From: Candidatus Beckwithbacteria bacterium
GTDB taxonomy: Bacteria; Patescibacteriota; Microgenomatia; UBA1400; CG1-02-47-37
Direction of reading: 5' to 3'
Assembly (NCBI GenBank): GCA_026397255.1
Contig: JAPLVF010000013.1
Coordinates: forward strand, 85,030-149,029
Length of the DNA stretch: 64,000 bases
Shown piece after piece: positions 9,164 to 17,621 of this stretch (positions are counted from its first letter, which is position 1; every line of letters starts with the position of its first letter). The notes beneath the pieces were generated by a model, which was given only the letters and a program-made list of their open reading frames with translations, searched no databases and was not told the origin of the DNA. A program made the translations under genes and the position numbers.

Positions 9164-9967
9164 TTATGAAAAGTGGATTGAACGCAAGTCAGATAAAGTC
9201 TTGGAGCTTAAACCAAGGCCGGATAATTTTTTGGCAGGAGCCTTAAGGACATCGCTGCATAACACTAAATTATTCTGAATTAAAATTTCCAGTTGGTGTT
9301 TTTCTAAAAAAGCAAAGCAAGTAACCGGATACAACTGATAGGTTTCAATTAATTGTTCCAGACTGTCTTTTGTAGGATAACGCCAAGCCAGCAATTTCAT
9401 TCCCCGACACTCACCATACTTAACGGCATTTTGAGTTAATTTGGTATTAGTGACCAACCACACTCCATGATAATCATTAACCGCGGTCACATCTTCAAAA
9501 CGGCCTTCGGTATAAAGGACATCTTTAGAATGGGATTTGGTGCCGGGCCGGTTATGAAATTTACACTCGATTAAAAATTTAAGATTATCTTTTTCGGCCA
9601 CCACATCAATTTCATGATCAATACAGCGGCCTTTAACGATCACTTGAGTTTGGGTGTGGAAACCCAGAGAGTTTAAAAGCCGGGCAACAAATTTTTCAAA
9701 CGGATAGCCGGACGGGCCTAAGGCCATCAAGGCTTCTTTTAAAGTGTAACGATAGCTATCACCGAATTGATATTGATTTAAAAGCGCAAAAACTTTGGTA
9801 TAAATTTCTTTGGTGGTAATGCCGTCGTAAAGCTGACCGATTAAGTTCACTAATATTTTATCGATAATGGCGGCTTTAACGCCGGCGCGCTGTAAAGACT
9901 GACGAACTTTACTTTCTAAAAAAACTTCTTTTTCTCCGGAAGCTTTAATAATATTAATGGCGGACAT
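9164..9967 (-). CDS. ATP-cone domain fused to an Mrr-like (PD-(D/E)xK) restriction-endonuclease domain
   Basis: The N-terminus MSAINIIKASGEKEVFLESKVRQSLQRAGVKAAIIDKILVNLI has an ATP-cone pattern like NrdR and RNR N-termini. The central region FEKFVARLLNSLGFHTQTQVIVKGRCIDHEIDVVAEKDNLKFLIECKF is a Mrr_cat-like D...E.K core. The start is moved to the internal Met (9967) because the upstream extension overlaps the divergent glycosyltransferase gene. Confidence 0.6.
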   Translation of the reverse strand: MSAINIIKASGEKEVFLESKVRQSLQRAGVKAAIIDKILVNLIGQLYDGITTKEIYTKVFALLNQYQFGDSYRYTLKEALMALGPSGYPFEKFVARLLNSLGFHTQTQVIVKGRCIDHEIDVVAEKDNLKFLIECKFHNRPGTKSHSKDVLYTEGRFEDVTAVNDYHGVWLVTNTKLTQNAVKYGECRGMKLLAWRYPTKDSLEQLIETYQLYPVTCFAFLEKHQLEILIQNNLVLCSDVLKAPAKKLSGLGLSSKTLSDLRSIHFS

Positions 9968-9989
9968 ACCCTTATGATAAACTAAAGCT

Positions 9990-10607
9990 ATGAAAATTTC
10001 TGCAATAGTGCCGGTTTTTAACGAAGAAAAAACCGTTAGCCGAATAATTAAAACTTTGCTGAAAAATAAATTCATCAACGAAGTTATTGTTGTCAATGAC
10101 GGATCGAGCGATTCGAGTCTAAAAATTCTTAAAAGTTTTAAGAAGAGAATTAAATTAATCGATTTAAAGAAAAATCACGGCAAGGGCAGGGCGATCGCCG
10201 AAGGCATTAAAAAAGCCCATGGGGAAATTGTGGTTTTTTTTGACGCGGACCTGACTAACTTAAACAATCAATACGTCAACCAATTAATTAAACCGCTGAT
10301 TAATAAAAAGTTCCGCGGGACTATCGGGATTTTAACCACCAAAAGTTACCTGCCCATCATTTTCCCGCCGCTGGCCGGGCTCAGAGCTTATTTTAGAAAA
10401 GATCTAATTGATCATTTTAAAGCAATCAGAAACAGCAAATATGGTGTCGAAGCTTTTTTCAATAAGTTATTCAAGGGGAAAGAGGTAAAAAAAGTCAGTT
10501 TAAGAGGTTTAAAATATTTGCGCAAAAATGAAAAACGCAGCAATAAAGAAGCGTTTAAAGAATACATCAAAATGTATAAGGAAATCGCTAAAGAAATGGT
10601 AAAATAG
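9990..10607 (+). CDS. Glycosyltransferase family 2 (short, dolichyl/undecaprenyl-phosphate sugar transferase-like)
   Basis: MKISAIVPVFNEEKTV...VIVVNDGSSDSS...VVFFDADL are GT2 motifs of the D-x-D type. Confidence 0.75.
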   Translation: MKISAIVPVFNEEKTVSRIIKTLLKNKFINEVIVVNDGSSDSSLKILKSFKKRIKLIDLKKNHGKGRAIAEGIKKAHGEIVVFFDADLTNLNNQYVNQLIKPLINKKFRGTIGILTTKSYLPIIFPPLAGLRAYFRKDLIDHFKAIRNSKYGVEAFFNKLFKGKEVKKVSLRGLKYLRKNEKRSNKEAFKEYIKMYKEIAKEMVK

Positions 10608-10634
10608 AGGGGCTTGCCCTGAACATCAGCGAAG

Positions 10635-10706
10635 GGCCCCATCGTCTAACGGTTAGGACAGCAGATTCTCAATCTGTAAATTCGGGTTCGATTCCCGGTG
10701 GGGCCA
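10635..10706 (+). tRNA. tRNA-Glu (anticodon CUC). CCA is not encoded.
   Basis: Cloverleaf folded by hand. The acceptor stem is GGCCCCA/TGGGGCC. The D arm is TCGTCTAACGGTTAGGAC. The anticodon stem is GCAGA/TCTGT with loop TTCTCAA (U33, anticodon CTC, A37). The T arm has GTTCGATTC. It closely parallels the E. coli tRNA-Glu architecture. Confidence 0.85.
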
Positions 10707-10797
10707 CAGTTTTAAATAAGGTTAGGTCATCTTTTATTCTCAATACTCTTCCCGAATTTTGGTCTAATGTATAATTAATCTGTTTAAACTCACGAAT

Positions 10798-11508
10798 ATG
10801 AGAAGATTATTAAAATTCATTGCTCCAAAAAGTTTTAACGATGGTCTCTCAAAATGTAATAATCTAGGAAAAAATCTAATAATAAAAAACAAAGTAAATA
10901 GATTTTTAGATCTTGGTTGTGCTGACGGTGAATTTACCCTAAAGTTCGCAAAAGTTTTACGGCCAGAAGAAATATATGGCGTAGAGATTGTTGATAAATA
11001 TTGCAATGAGGCTAAAAGGAAAGGAGTAAAGTGTGTAAAATTTGACTTAAATTCTAAATGGAAATTTGATAATAATTATTTTGATTTTATTTTATCCAGC
11101 CAAAACATTGAACATTTGCATAACACTAGACTTTACATGGAAGAATGCTATCGGTGCTTAAAAAAAGGAGGGCAATTATTAATACTAACTGAAAATTTAG
11201 CATCTTGGATTAATATTTGGTCGTTAATTTTTGGCTGGCAACCATTTTCAACAACTTTAATTAATGGTTGGAGTATTGGCAATCCATGTATTTGGCATTC
11301 TCAAAAACCTTCTAATAATACTGGCAAAACTAGCCACGTAAGAGTATTAGCCTTTAAGGGCTTAAAAGATATAATGCAACATATTGGTTTGAAAGATGTT
11401 CAAGTTTACTCCAGGGGTTATCTTCCATTCTGGGGAAAGCTATCAGATATTCTTTGTAGAGTTGATAAAAAACATGGACATTTTTTAATCGGAACAGGAA
11501 TAAAGTAA
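10798..11508 (+). CDS. Class I SAM-dependent methyltransferase, AT-rich and immediately downstream of tRNA-Glu
   Basis: FLDLGCADGEFT (motif I) ...CLKKGGQLLI (motif post-II/III). The codon usage is visibly more AT-rich than the flanks. Confidence 0.7.
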   Translation: MRRLLKFIAPKSFNDGLSKCNNLGKNLIIKNKVNRFLDLGCADGEFTLKFAKVLRPEEIYGVEIVDKYCNEAKRKGVKCVKFDLNSKWKFDNNYFDFILSSQNIEHLHNTRLYMEECYRCLKKGGQLLILTENLASWINIWSLIFGWQPFSTTLINGWSIGNPCIWHSQKPSNNTGKTSHVRVLAFKGLKDIMQHIGLKDVQVYSRGYLPFWGKLSDILCRVDKKHGHFLIGTGIK

Positions 11509-11599
11509 TATTATTCCTGATATATCCTTTTAAAATACTCTACCGAGGAGTTAGATATTCGCCCCTCCGGGCCACAAAATTATATTTATTAAATGTGTA

Positions 11600-11627
11600 T
11601 TGATTTTGGATTTCATAAGTATATAAT
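11600..11627 (+). promoter_or_regulatory. Putative sigma70-type promoter for greA
   Basis: TTGATT at 11600-11605, a 16-nt spacer, then TATAAT at 11622-11627, about 65 nt upstream of the greA start. Confidence 0.35.
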
Positions 11628-11692
11628 TCACCTTTGTAACTTCAGTTTGCCCGGTGAGGTAAAACTTTAATAATCTCCTGAAACAGGGTGAA

Positions 11693-12172
11693 GTGAAGTT
11701 TTCTTTTTTTATGCCGCAACAGGATTTTTATTTAACACCCGAAGGCTTAAAAGAGCTCAAAGAAGAGCTCAAGGTTTTAGTGGAAGAAAAAAAGCCGGCC
11801 CTACTGGAAAGAGTGGCGACCGCCAGGTCCCATGGTGATTTATCAGAAAACAGCGAATATGCTGCGGCCAGAGAAGATTTGGCGTTTGTGGAAGGCAGAA
11901 TTGAAGAAATTGAAACTTTGGTCGTTAAAGCCAAAATAATTAAAAGTAAAAAAACTGACGAAGTTAAATTGGGCAGTCTGGTGACAGTGAAAACCAATGG
12001 ATCAACTCAGACTTTTGAGCTGGTGGGCGAATGGGAAGCCGACCCATTGAAGCAGAAAATTTCCCACACTTCGCCTTTAGGCCAAGCGCTTTTAGGCAAG
12101 AAAAAAGGCGATAAAGTGGAAATTAAAGCCCCGGCCGGAAAAGTTATTTACCAAATTCACAAAATCGAATAA
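11693..12172 (+). CDS. greA: Transcription elongation factor GreA
   Basis: LTPEGLKELKEELKVL...ARSHGDLSENSEYAAA...SPLGQALLGKKKGDKVEI are GreA N-terminal coiled-coil and C-terminal FKBP-like motifs. 11693 is a GTG start; ATG at 11711 is an alternative. Confidence 0.8.
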   Translation: MKFSFFMPQQDFYLTPEGLKELKEELKVLVEEKKPALLERVATARSHGDLSENSEYAAAREDLAFVEGRIEEIETLVVKAKIIKSKKTDEVKLGSLVTVKTNGSTQTFELVGEWEADPLKQKISHTSPLGQALLGKKKGDKVEIKAPAGKVIYQIHKIE

Positions 12173-12204
12173 CTCCTCAAGGTTTTTGTTATATACTTAA
12201 AGAT

Positions 12205-14391
12205 ATGTTTTGGGCAGATGAATTGGCTGACGAAATCATTAAATCAGGGAAATATAAACCTTATCATGTTGATGACATGAAAACGCCTTCGGGCAAAATT
12301 CATGTCGGTGCCTTAAGAGGGGTAGTGGTCCACGACTTAATTTACCAAGCTTTGCTCAAACGAAAAGTTAAAGCCAGCTATAGCTGGGTATTTAACGACA
12401 TGGATCCAATGGATGCTTTCCCTTATTACTTAGCACCGGAATTTAAACAACAGATGGGAAAACCCTTATGTCAAATCCCCTCGCCGGAACCAGGATATCA
12501 GTCTTTGGCAGAAGGTTATGCCAAACAGTTTATTAAAGTCTTTAATGATTTGGGGGTGAAGCCGGAAATTATCTGGTCAAGCCAGTTTTACCGGCAGGGG
12601 AAATTTAATGAGATTATCCGGCAGGCTTTGGATAAGGTCGAAAAAATCAGACAGCTTTATCACGAAATTTCCGGCTACGACAAACCGAAAAATTGGTACC
12701 CTTACCAAGTAATTTGCCCTAAATGCGGCAAAATCGGGTCAACGATGGTGACTGACTGGGACGGCAAAATGGTCAGTTTTGAGTGTAAAAAGGATTTGGT
12801 CACCTGGGCAACTGGCTGCGGCTTTAAAGGCAAAATTGAACCGATTAATGCCAACGGCAAACTGATGTGGAAAGTGGATTGGGCCGCCCACTGGAAAGTG
12901 ATCGGGGTGACGATTGAGGGCGCCGGTAAAGATCATATGAGTAAAGGCGGTTCGCACGATTTATCCTCAGTCATCTGTGAACAGGTATTTAACTATCCCT
13001 CTCCGTTTGCTTTTAGCTATGAATGGTTTTTGGCTAAGGGCGGAGCAAAAATGTCGTCTTCCAAGGGTGTGGGGGTGTCGGCGGTAGAAATCAGCCAAAC
13101 ACTGCCGCCGGAAATTTTAAAATTTTTAATGGTAAAAACCAATTACCGGCGGGCAATTATTTTTGATCCGGCAAATAATGAAACAATTTTAAAATTGTTT
13201 GATGATTATGATGCCACCTTACCTCACAAAAATTTGCCCAGATTCAGAGATGTGGTTCAATATCTGCAGGACCCAAAAATTGATTTGAAAAAACAGTTTG
13301 CAAAAGCCAACAAAAAAGAATTGGAAAAACGAATTAAATATGGCAAAATCTGGCTGGATAAATATGCACCCGAAGAACAAGTTTTTCAAACAACTAAAGA
13401 AATTCCTGAATTTGTCGGGACTTTTACAAATACACAGCGTGAGATATTAACCAAAGCACATATTATCGCAATAGAAGCTAAATCACCTGAGGAGATTCAG
13501 CAAAAAATTTATGAGGAAGCTAAAACAATTGGGTTATCAACCAGTAAAGCGTTTGGAACAATTTACCAAGCAACAATAGGAAAAGATTATGGACCAAAAG
13601 CCGGATGGTTACTTTTTAACAATCAGCAAGCAATTAAAAGATTGGATGAAGCGGCTAAATTTAAACCAGCAGAAATCAAGTCAACAAAAACTGATTTAAT
13701 TAAATTAAGTCCGGAGTTTGTGAAAAAATACCCTTCGGCCAGTGTTGGGTTTGCTTTAATTAAGGGTGTTAAAATCGGGAAAATAAATACTGAGCTGGAA
13801 AAAGAAAAACAAGACTTTTTAAAAACAGTCAACGGCTTAACCACGGAGGCCTTGAATCAATCTCCGGAAATCCTGAGTTATCGAAAAATGTATAAACAAA
13901 TGGGGGTAGATTGGCACTCAAAACGGCCCAGCCCGGAAGCACTTTTAAGACGAATTGCCACCGGTAAAGGCTTATATAACCCGATTAATGTCATTGTCGA
14001 TGCCTATAATTTGATCGTTATGAAAAATAAAGTTTCCTGCGGGGCTTTTGATAGCGATAAAATTAAATTTCCCAGTGTGGTTCAAATAGCTCAGGGAGGG
14101 GAAACAGCTTTATTTCTCGGAGATAATCAACCAACGGTTTTAAAACCCGGCGAAGTTTGTTATTTTGACCAATTAGGGCCTTATAACATGGATTATAATT
14201 ATCGGGATGCTACCAGAGCGTTAGCCACGGAAAAAACCAAAAATGTTTGGGTTAACGTTGACGGCATATATGAAATTACACCGGATAAAGTTCAAAAAAC
14301 AGTGGAAGAAACAATCGCAATTATTATTAAATACTGCGGAGGCCAGGTGCTAGAAAAAGGCATCCTGGTGGCTAATGATCAAACGCGATGA
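12205..14391 (+). CDS. lysS: Class I lysyl-tRNA synthetase (LysK type) with a C-terminal B3/4-like domain
   Basis: KIHVGALRG is the HIGH-type motif of class I LysRS. KMSSSKG is the KMSKS motif. Zn-binding cysteines read CPKCG...C..C. The C-terminal 250 aa (...SCGAFDSDKIKFPSVVQIAQGGETALFLGDNQPTVLKPGEVCYFDQLGPYNMDYNYRDATRALATEKTKNVWVNVDG) match the B3/4 domain pattern of PheT. Confidence 0.8.
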   Translation: MFWADELADEIIKSGKYKPYHVDDMKTPSGKIHVGALRGVVVHDLIYQALLKRKVKASYSWVFNDMDPMDAFPYYLAPEFKQQMGKPLCQIPSPEPGYQSLAEGYAKQFIKVFNDLGVKPEIIWSSQFYRQGKFNEIIRQALDKVEKIRQLYHEISGYDKPKNWYPYQVICPKCGKIGSTMVTDWDGKMVSFECKKDLVTWATGCGFKGKIEPINANGKLMWKVDWAAHWKVIGVTIEGAGKDHMSKGGSHDLSSVICEQVFNYPSPFAFSYEWFLAKGGAKMSSSKGVGVSAVEISQTLPPEILKFLMVKTNYRRAIIFDPANNETILKLFDDYDATLPHKNLPRFRDVVQYLQDPKIDLKKQFAKANKKELEKRIKYGKIWLDKYAPEEQVFQTTKEIPEFVGTFTNTQREILTKAHIIAIEAKSPEEIQQKIYEEAKTIGLSTSKAFGTIYQATIGKDYGPKAGWLLFNNQQAIKRLDEAAKFKPAEIKSTKTDLIKLSPEFVKKYPSASVGFALIKGVKIGKINTELEKEKQDFLKTVNGLTTEALNQSPEILSYRKMYKQMGVDWHSKRPSPEALLRRIATGKGLYNPINVIVDAYNLIVMKNKVSCGAFDSDKIKFPSVVQIAQGGETALFLGDNQPTVLKPGEVCYFDQLGPYNMDYNYRDATRALATEKTKNVWVNVDGIYEITPDKVQKTVEETIAIIIKYCGGQVLEKGILVANDQTR

Positions 14392-15151
14392 ATTAATTAA
14401 ATTTGTTTATCAAACGATTGGCGAAGAACTAATCCAAAAAGCGCTGATTAAAGACGAGGTGGCCAACGGCGTGCAGTTTTTGGGCAGTGAAGAAATAAAT
14501 AAAGTGGCTTTAGGGGTCAGCTGCAATGAAGAGTTTTTGCTAGGGGCGGTAAAAGCCGGAGCGAATTTCTGTATTTTCCACCACGGGCTGGATACCCGAG
14601 TTTGGAAATCCCGTTTTCCTTTGTTTGCTCAAAAAAGATTAAAAGTTGTTATCGAAAATAAACTAACAATAATGGGGTTACATTACTCTTTAGACAGCCA
14701 TCCGAAAATCGGCAATAATGCCACTATAATTCGTTTGCTGGGGGCAGAAATTAAAGAAACTTTATTTGAAGAATGGGGCTATACAGCCACTTTTAATCAA
14801 CCACAAGACATTAAAGGATTGTTGGATAAATGCCAAAAATTATTTAATCATAAGGTTTTTAGCGTCCTGGCCGGGCCAAGCAAAGTGACAACAATAGGCG
14901 TAGTTTCCGGGGCCGGAAAACCAGATATGGCAGAGTTGGCAGAAATAGAAAGTAAAGGGGTCCAATTATATATTTCCGGAGAAACCAGCGAGTGGATTGT
15001 TCATCAAATAAAAGAGTCGGAAATCAATTATTTTTGCGGCGGACATTACGCGACCGAAGTTTTCGGGGTAAAAGAACTAGCTAAAAAAATTAAAGAAAAT
15101 TACCAAAATAAACTGGAAGTGGAATTTATCGACATTCCTAATGAAATATGA
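14375..15151 (+). CDS. Nif3-family (DUF34/YqfO-like) dinuclear metal-centre protein
   Basis: ANGVQFLGSEEINKVALGVSCNEEFLLGAVKAGANFCIFHHGLD matches the Nif3 N-terminal pattern (NVGL.vG...v....D.....A...gadl.i.HHPl). A C-terminal GGHYATE-type motif is present. Confidence 0.6.
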   Translation: MIKRDELIKFVYQTIGEELIQKALIKDEVANGVQFLGSEEINKVALGVSCNEEFLLGAVKAGANFCIFHHGLDTRVWKSRFPLFAQKRLKVVIENKLTIMGLHYSLDSHPKIGNNATIIRLLGAEIKETLFEEWGYTATFNQPQDIKGLLDKCQKLFNHKVFSVLAGPSKVTTIGVVSGAGKPDMAELAEIESKGVQLYISGETSEWIVHQIKESEINYFCGGHYATEVFGVKELAKKIKENYQNKLEVEFIDIPNEI

Positions 15152-15720
15152 TTTCCAGAGAAGAAGTTTTAGTTTTAATCAGAAAATACATTAAGACAGA
15201 AAATACAATCAAGCACATGTTGGCCACGGAAGCGATTATGCGGGCGTTGGCGAGAAAATTTGAGCCGGAAAAAGAAGATATTTGGGGAATGGCTGGTTTA
15301 ATCCATGATTTGGATTACGAAGTGATTAAGGATAAGGAAAAAGAGCACGGCAAAAAAACCGTGGAGATTTTAAAACAGGAGAAAGTGGATTTACCGGAAG
15401 AAGTCTACGCGACAATTTTAGCCCATTGCTGTAATCTTTATCCGGAATATCAGCCGAAAAATAAAATGGAGTGGAGTTTATTCATCAGCGATTCTTTAAC
15501 CGGTTTAATCACCGCCACAACTTTAGTCCGGCCTGACCGAAAACTAGCCAGTGTAGAAGTAAAATCAGTCATGAAAAAGTTTAAACAAGCGGCATTTGCT
15601 GCCGGAACCAGAAGAGAAGAAATTGCTCTCTGTGAAGAAAAATTAGGCATTCCCCTGGCCGAATTTGTCGAGTTAAGCCTTAAAGCCATGCAGGCAATTA
15701 GCAATGATTTAGGGTTATAA
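15148..15720 (+). CDS. HD-domain phosphohydrolase
   Basis: HMLATEAIMRALA...GLIHDLDYE is an H...HD metal-binding signature. Confidence 0.65.
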   Translation: MISREEVLVLIRKYIKTENTIKHMLATEAIMRALARKFEPEKEDIWGMAGLIHDLDYEVIKDKEKEHGKKTVEILKQEKVDLPEEVYATILAHCCNLYPEYQPKNKMEWSLFISDSLTGLITATTLVRPDRKLASVEVKSVMKKFKQAAFAAGTRREEIALCEEKLGIPLAEFVELSLKAMQAISNDLGL

Positions 15721-15727
15721 TTTCACT

Positions 15728-16972
15728 ATGTTAGATATTCAATTCATTAGAGACCATCCGGATAAAGTTAAAGAGTCGACGACAAATAAAAACTACGACC
15801 CGAAAATCGTGGATGAAGTGTTGAAAGTAGATAAAACCAGGCGGGAGTGGCTGCAAAAAATTGAAAGCTTAAGAGCTGAGCGTAATCAATTGACCAAGGA
15901 AGGAAAACCCCACTCCGCCAAGGCTACGCGGGGCAAGGAGATTAAAAAAGAACTAAAAAAGCTTGAGCCAGAATTAAAAGAAGCCGAAATAAAATTTAAA
16001 GATAAATTAAATCAAATCCCTAATTTATGTTCGGCTAAAGCGCCGGTCGGCAAAAGCGAAAAAGACAATAAAGAGGTAAAAAAGTGGGGTGAAGTGAAAA
16101 AATTCAATTTTCCAGTAAAGGATCATTTGGAGTTAGGGAAAAATTTAGGAATTTTGGATTTTGAGACCGGGGCAAAAGTGGCCGGTTCACAATTTTATTT
16201 TCTTTATGGAGACGGAGCAAGATTGGAGCTAGCTTTGATTCAATATGCTTTTGATTTACTGTCCAAAGAAGGGTTTTTACCGGTTATTACCCCAGACTTG
16301 GCCAAAAGCAGATATTATTTAGGCACAGGCTATATCCCCAAAGGCAAAGAGGCACAAACCTATGAAATAAAAGACCAAGATTTAGGGTTAATTGCTACGG
16401 CTGAAGTCACTTTAGCCGGAAAACACAGCGATGAGGTGATTTTGGAAAATAAACTGCCTTTAAAATATATCGGTTATTCGCATTGTTTTAGGCAGGAACA
16501 AGGTGCTTACGGCAAATACTCTAAAGGCCTTTACCGCGTCCACCAGTTTACTAAAGCGGAAATGTTTATTTACTGTAAACCGGAAGATTCGGATAAATAC
16601 CATGAATATTTGCTGACAATGGAGGAAAAAATCTACCAGGGATTAGGGCTACCCTACCGAATAGTGGAAATGTGCACCGGCGACTTGGGGGCAATGGCTG
16701 CAAGAAAACTGGACATTGAAGCTTGGATGCCCAGCCGCAATGAATACGGCGAAGTCACTTCCACCTCCAACTGCACTGATTATCAAGCCCGCAACTTAAA
16801 TATTAAGTTTAAAGGTAAAGAAAAAAATGAATATGTCCATATGTTAAACGGAACGGCGATCGCTACCTCCAGAACGCCGTTGGCAATTTTGGAAAACTAC
16901 CAAACGAAAGCTGGATACGTGGAAATACCTAAAGTTTTACAAAAATATATGGGTAAAAATGAAATTTCTTAA
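15728..16972 (+). CDS. serS: Seryl-tRNA synthetase
   Basis: MLDIQFIRDHPDKVKE N-terminal coiled-coil, then class II motifs YSHCFRQEQGAYGKYSKGLYRVHQFTKAEMF and TSNCTDYQARNL. The C-terminus reads GTAIATSRT. Confidence 0.9.
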   Translation: MLDIQFIRDHPDKVKESTTNKNYDPKIVDEVLKVDKTRREWLQKIESLRAERNQLTKEGKPHSAKATRGKEIKKELKKLEPELKEAEIKFKDKLNQIPNLCSAKAPVGKSEKDNKEVKKWGEVKKFNFPVKDHLELGKNLGILDFETGAKVAGSQFYFLYGDGARLELALIQYAFDLLSKEGFLPVITPDLAKSRYYLGTGYIPKGKEAQTYEIKDQDLGLIATAEVTLAGKHSDEVILENKLPLKYIGYSHCFRQEQGAYGKYSKGLYRVHQFTKAEMFIYCKPEDSDKYHEYLLTMEEKIYQGLGLPYRIVEMCTGDLGAMAARKLDIEAWMPSRNEYGEVTSTSNCTDYQARNLNIKFKGKEKNEYVHMLNGTAIATSRTPLAILENYQTKAGYVEIPKVLQKYMGKNEIS

Positions 16973-17612
16973 AAATTTATTCCCCCATTTAATTAAAGAC
17001 TATCACTTGCCGATTAACGGATTAATTGAAGTGGTGATGGCTCTAAACAGGCCAAGGTTAATGATCGGCGGCATGATCCAATCCGGCGGATTAGTCCGGG
17101 CGATTTGGGAAAAAGCCCTAAAAAATCTAAAAAATATCCAAAAGAAAATTGATAATGTTTTAATCATTGGTTTGGGTTGCGGCGATTGCGCTTTTGAGGT
17201 GCAAAAATATTATCCGGAGGCCCAGATGAAAGGCTTAGAAATTGACGATAAAGTCGTCGAAGCGGCCCAATGTTATTTTAATCTAGCCACTGTCAAAAAT
17301 CTAAAAATTAGCATTGAAGATGGAGCCAAATATTTAACTAAAATCGTCAAACAAAAAAATAAAATTAAGTTCGATTTGGTCATCATTGATGCTTACTTAG
17401 GGAAAACCATGCCGAAAAATTTCAGAACCAAGATATTTTTTACCCAACTCAAGAAAATATTAGCCACTAACGGGGTAGTAATTTATAATCATTTGTTTTT
17501 TGGAGAACATAAAAATCAGGCGAAAATTTTTATCAAAGAACTAGAAAATATTTTCCGCAAGATTACTTTACTAAGGACCGCTAGCAACCTGTTGATTTTC
17601 GGCTGGCAATAA
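16959..17612 (+). CDS. Spermidine-synthase-like or class I methyltransferase-fold protein
   Basis: VLIIGLGCGDCAFEV (G-x-G-x-G) ...FDLVIIDAY...NGVVIYN matches the SpeE-like or MTase fold pattern. Function uncertain. Confidence 0.5.
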   Translation: MKFLKNLFPHLIKDYHLPINGLIEVVMALNRPRLMIGGMIQSGGLVRAIWEKALKNLKNIQKKIDNVLIIGLGCGDCAFEVQKYYPEAQMKGLEIDDKVVEAAQCYFNLATVKNLKISIEDGAKYLTKIVKQKNKIKFDLVIIDAYLGKTMPKNFRTKIFFTQLKKILATNGVVIYNHLFFGEHKNQAKIFIKELENIFRKITLLRTASNLLIFGWQ

Positions 17613-17621
17613 ACATAAAGA

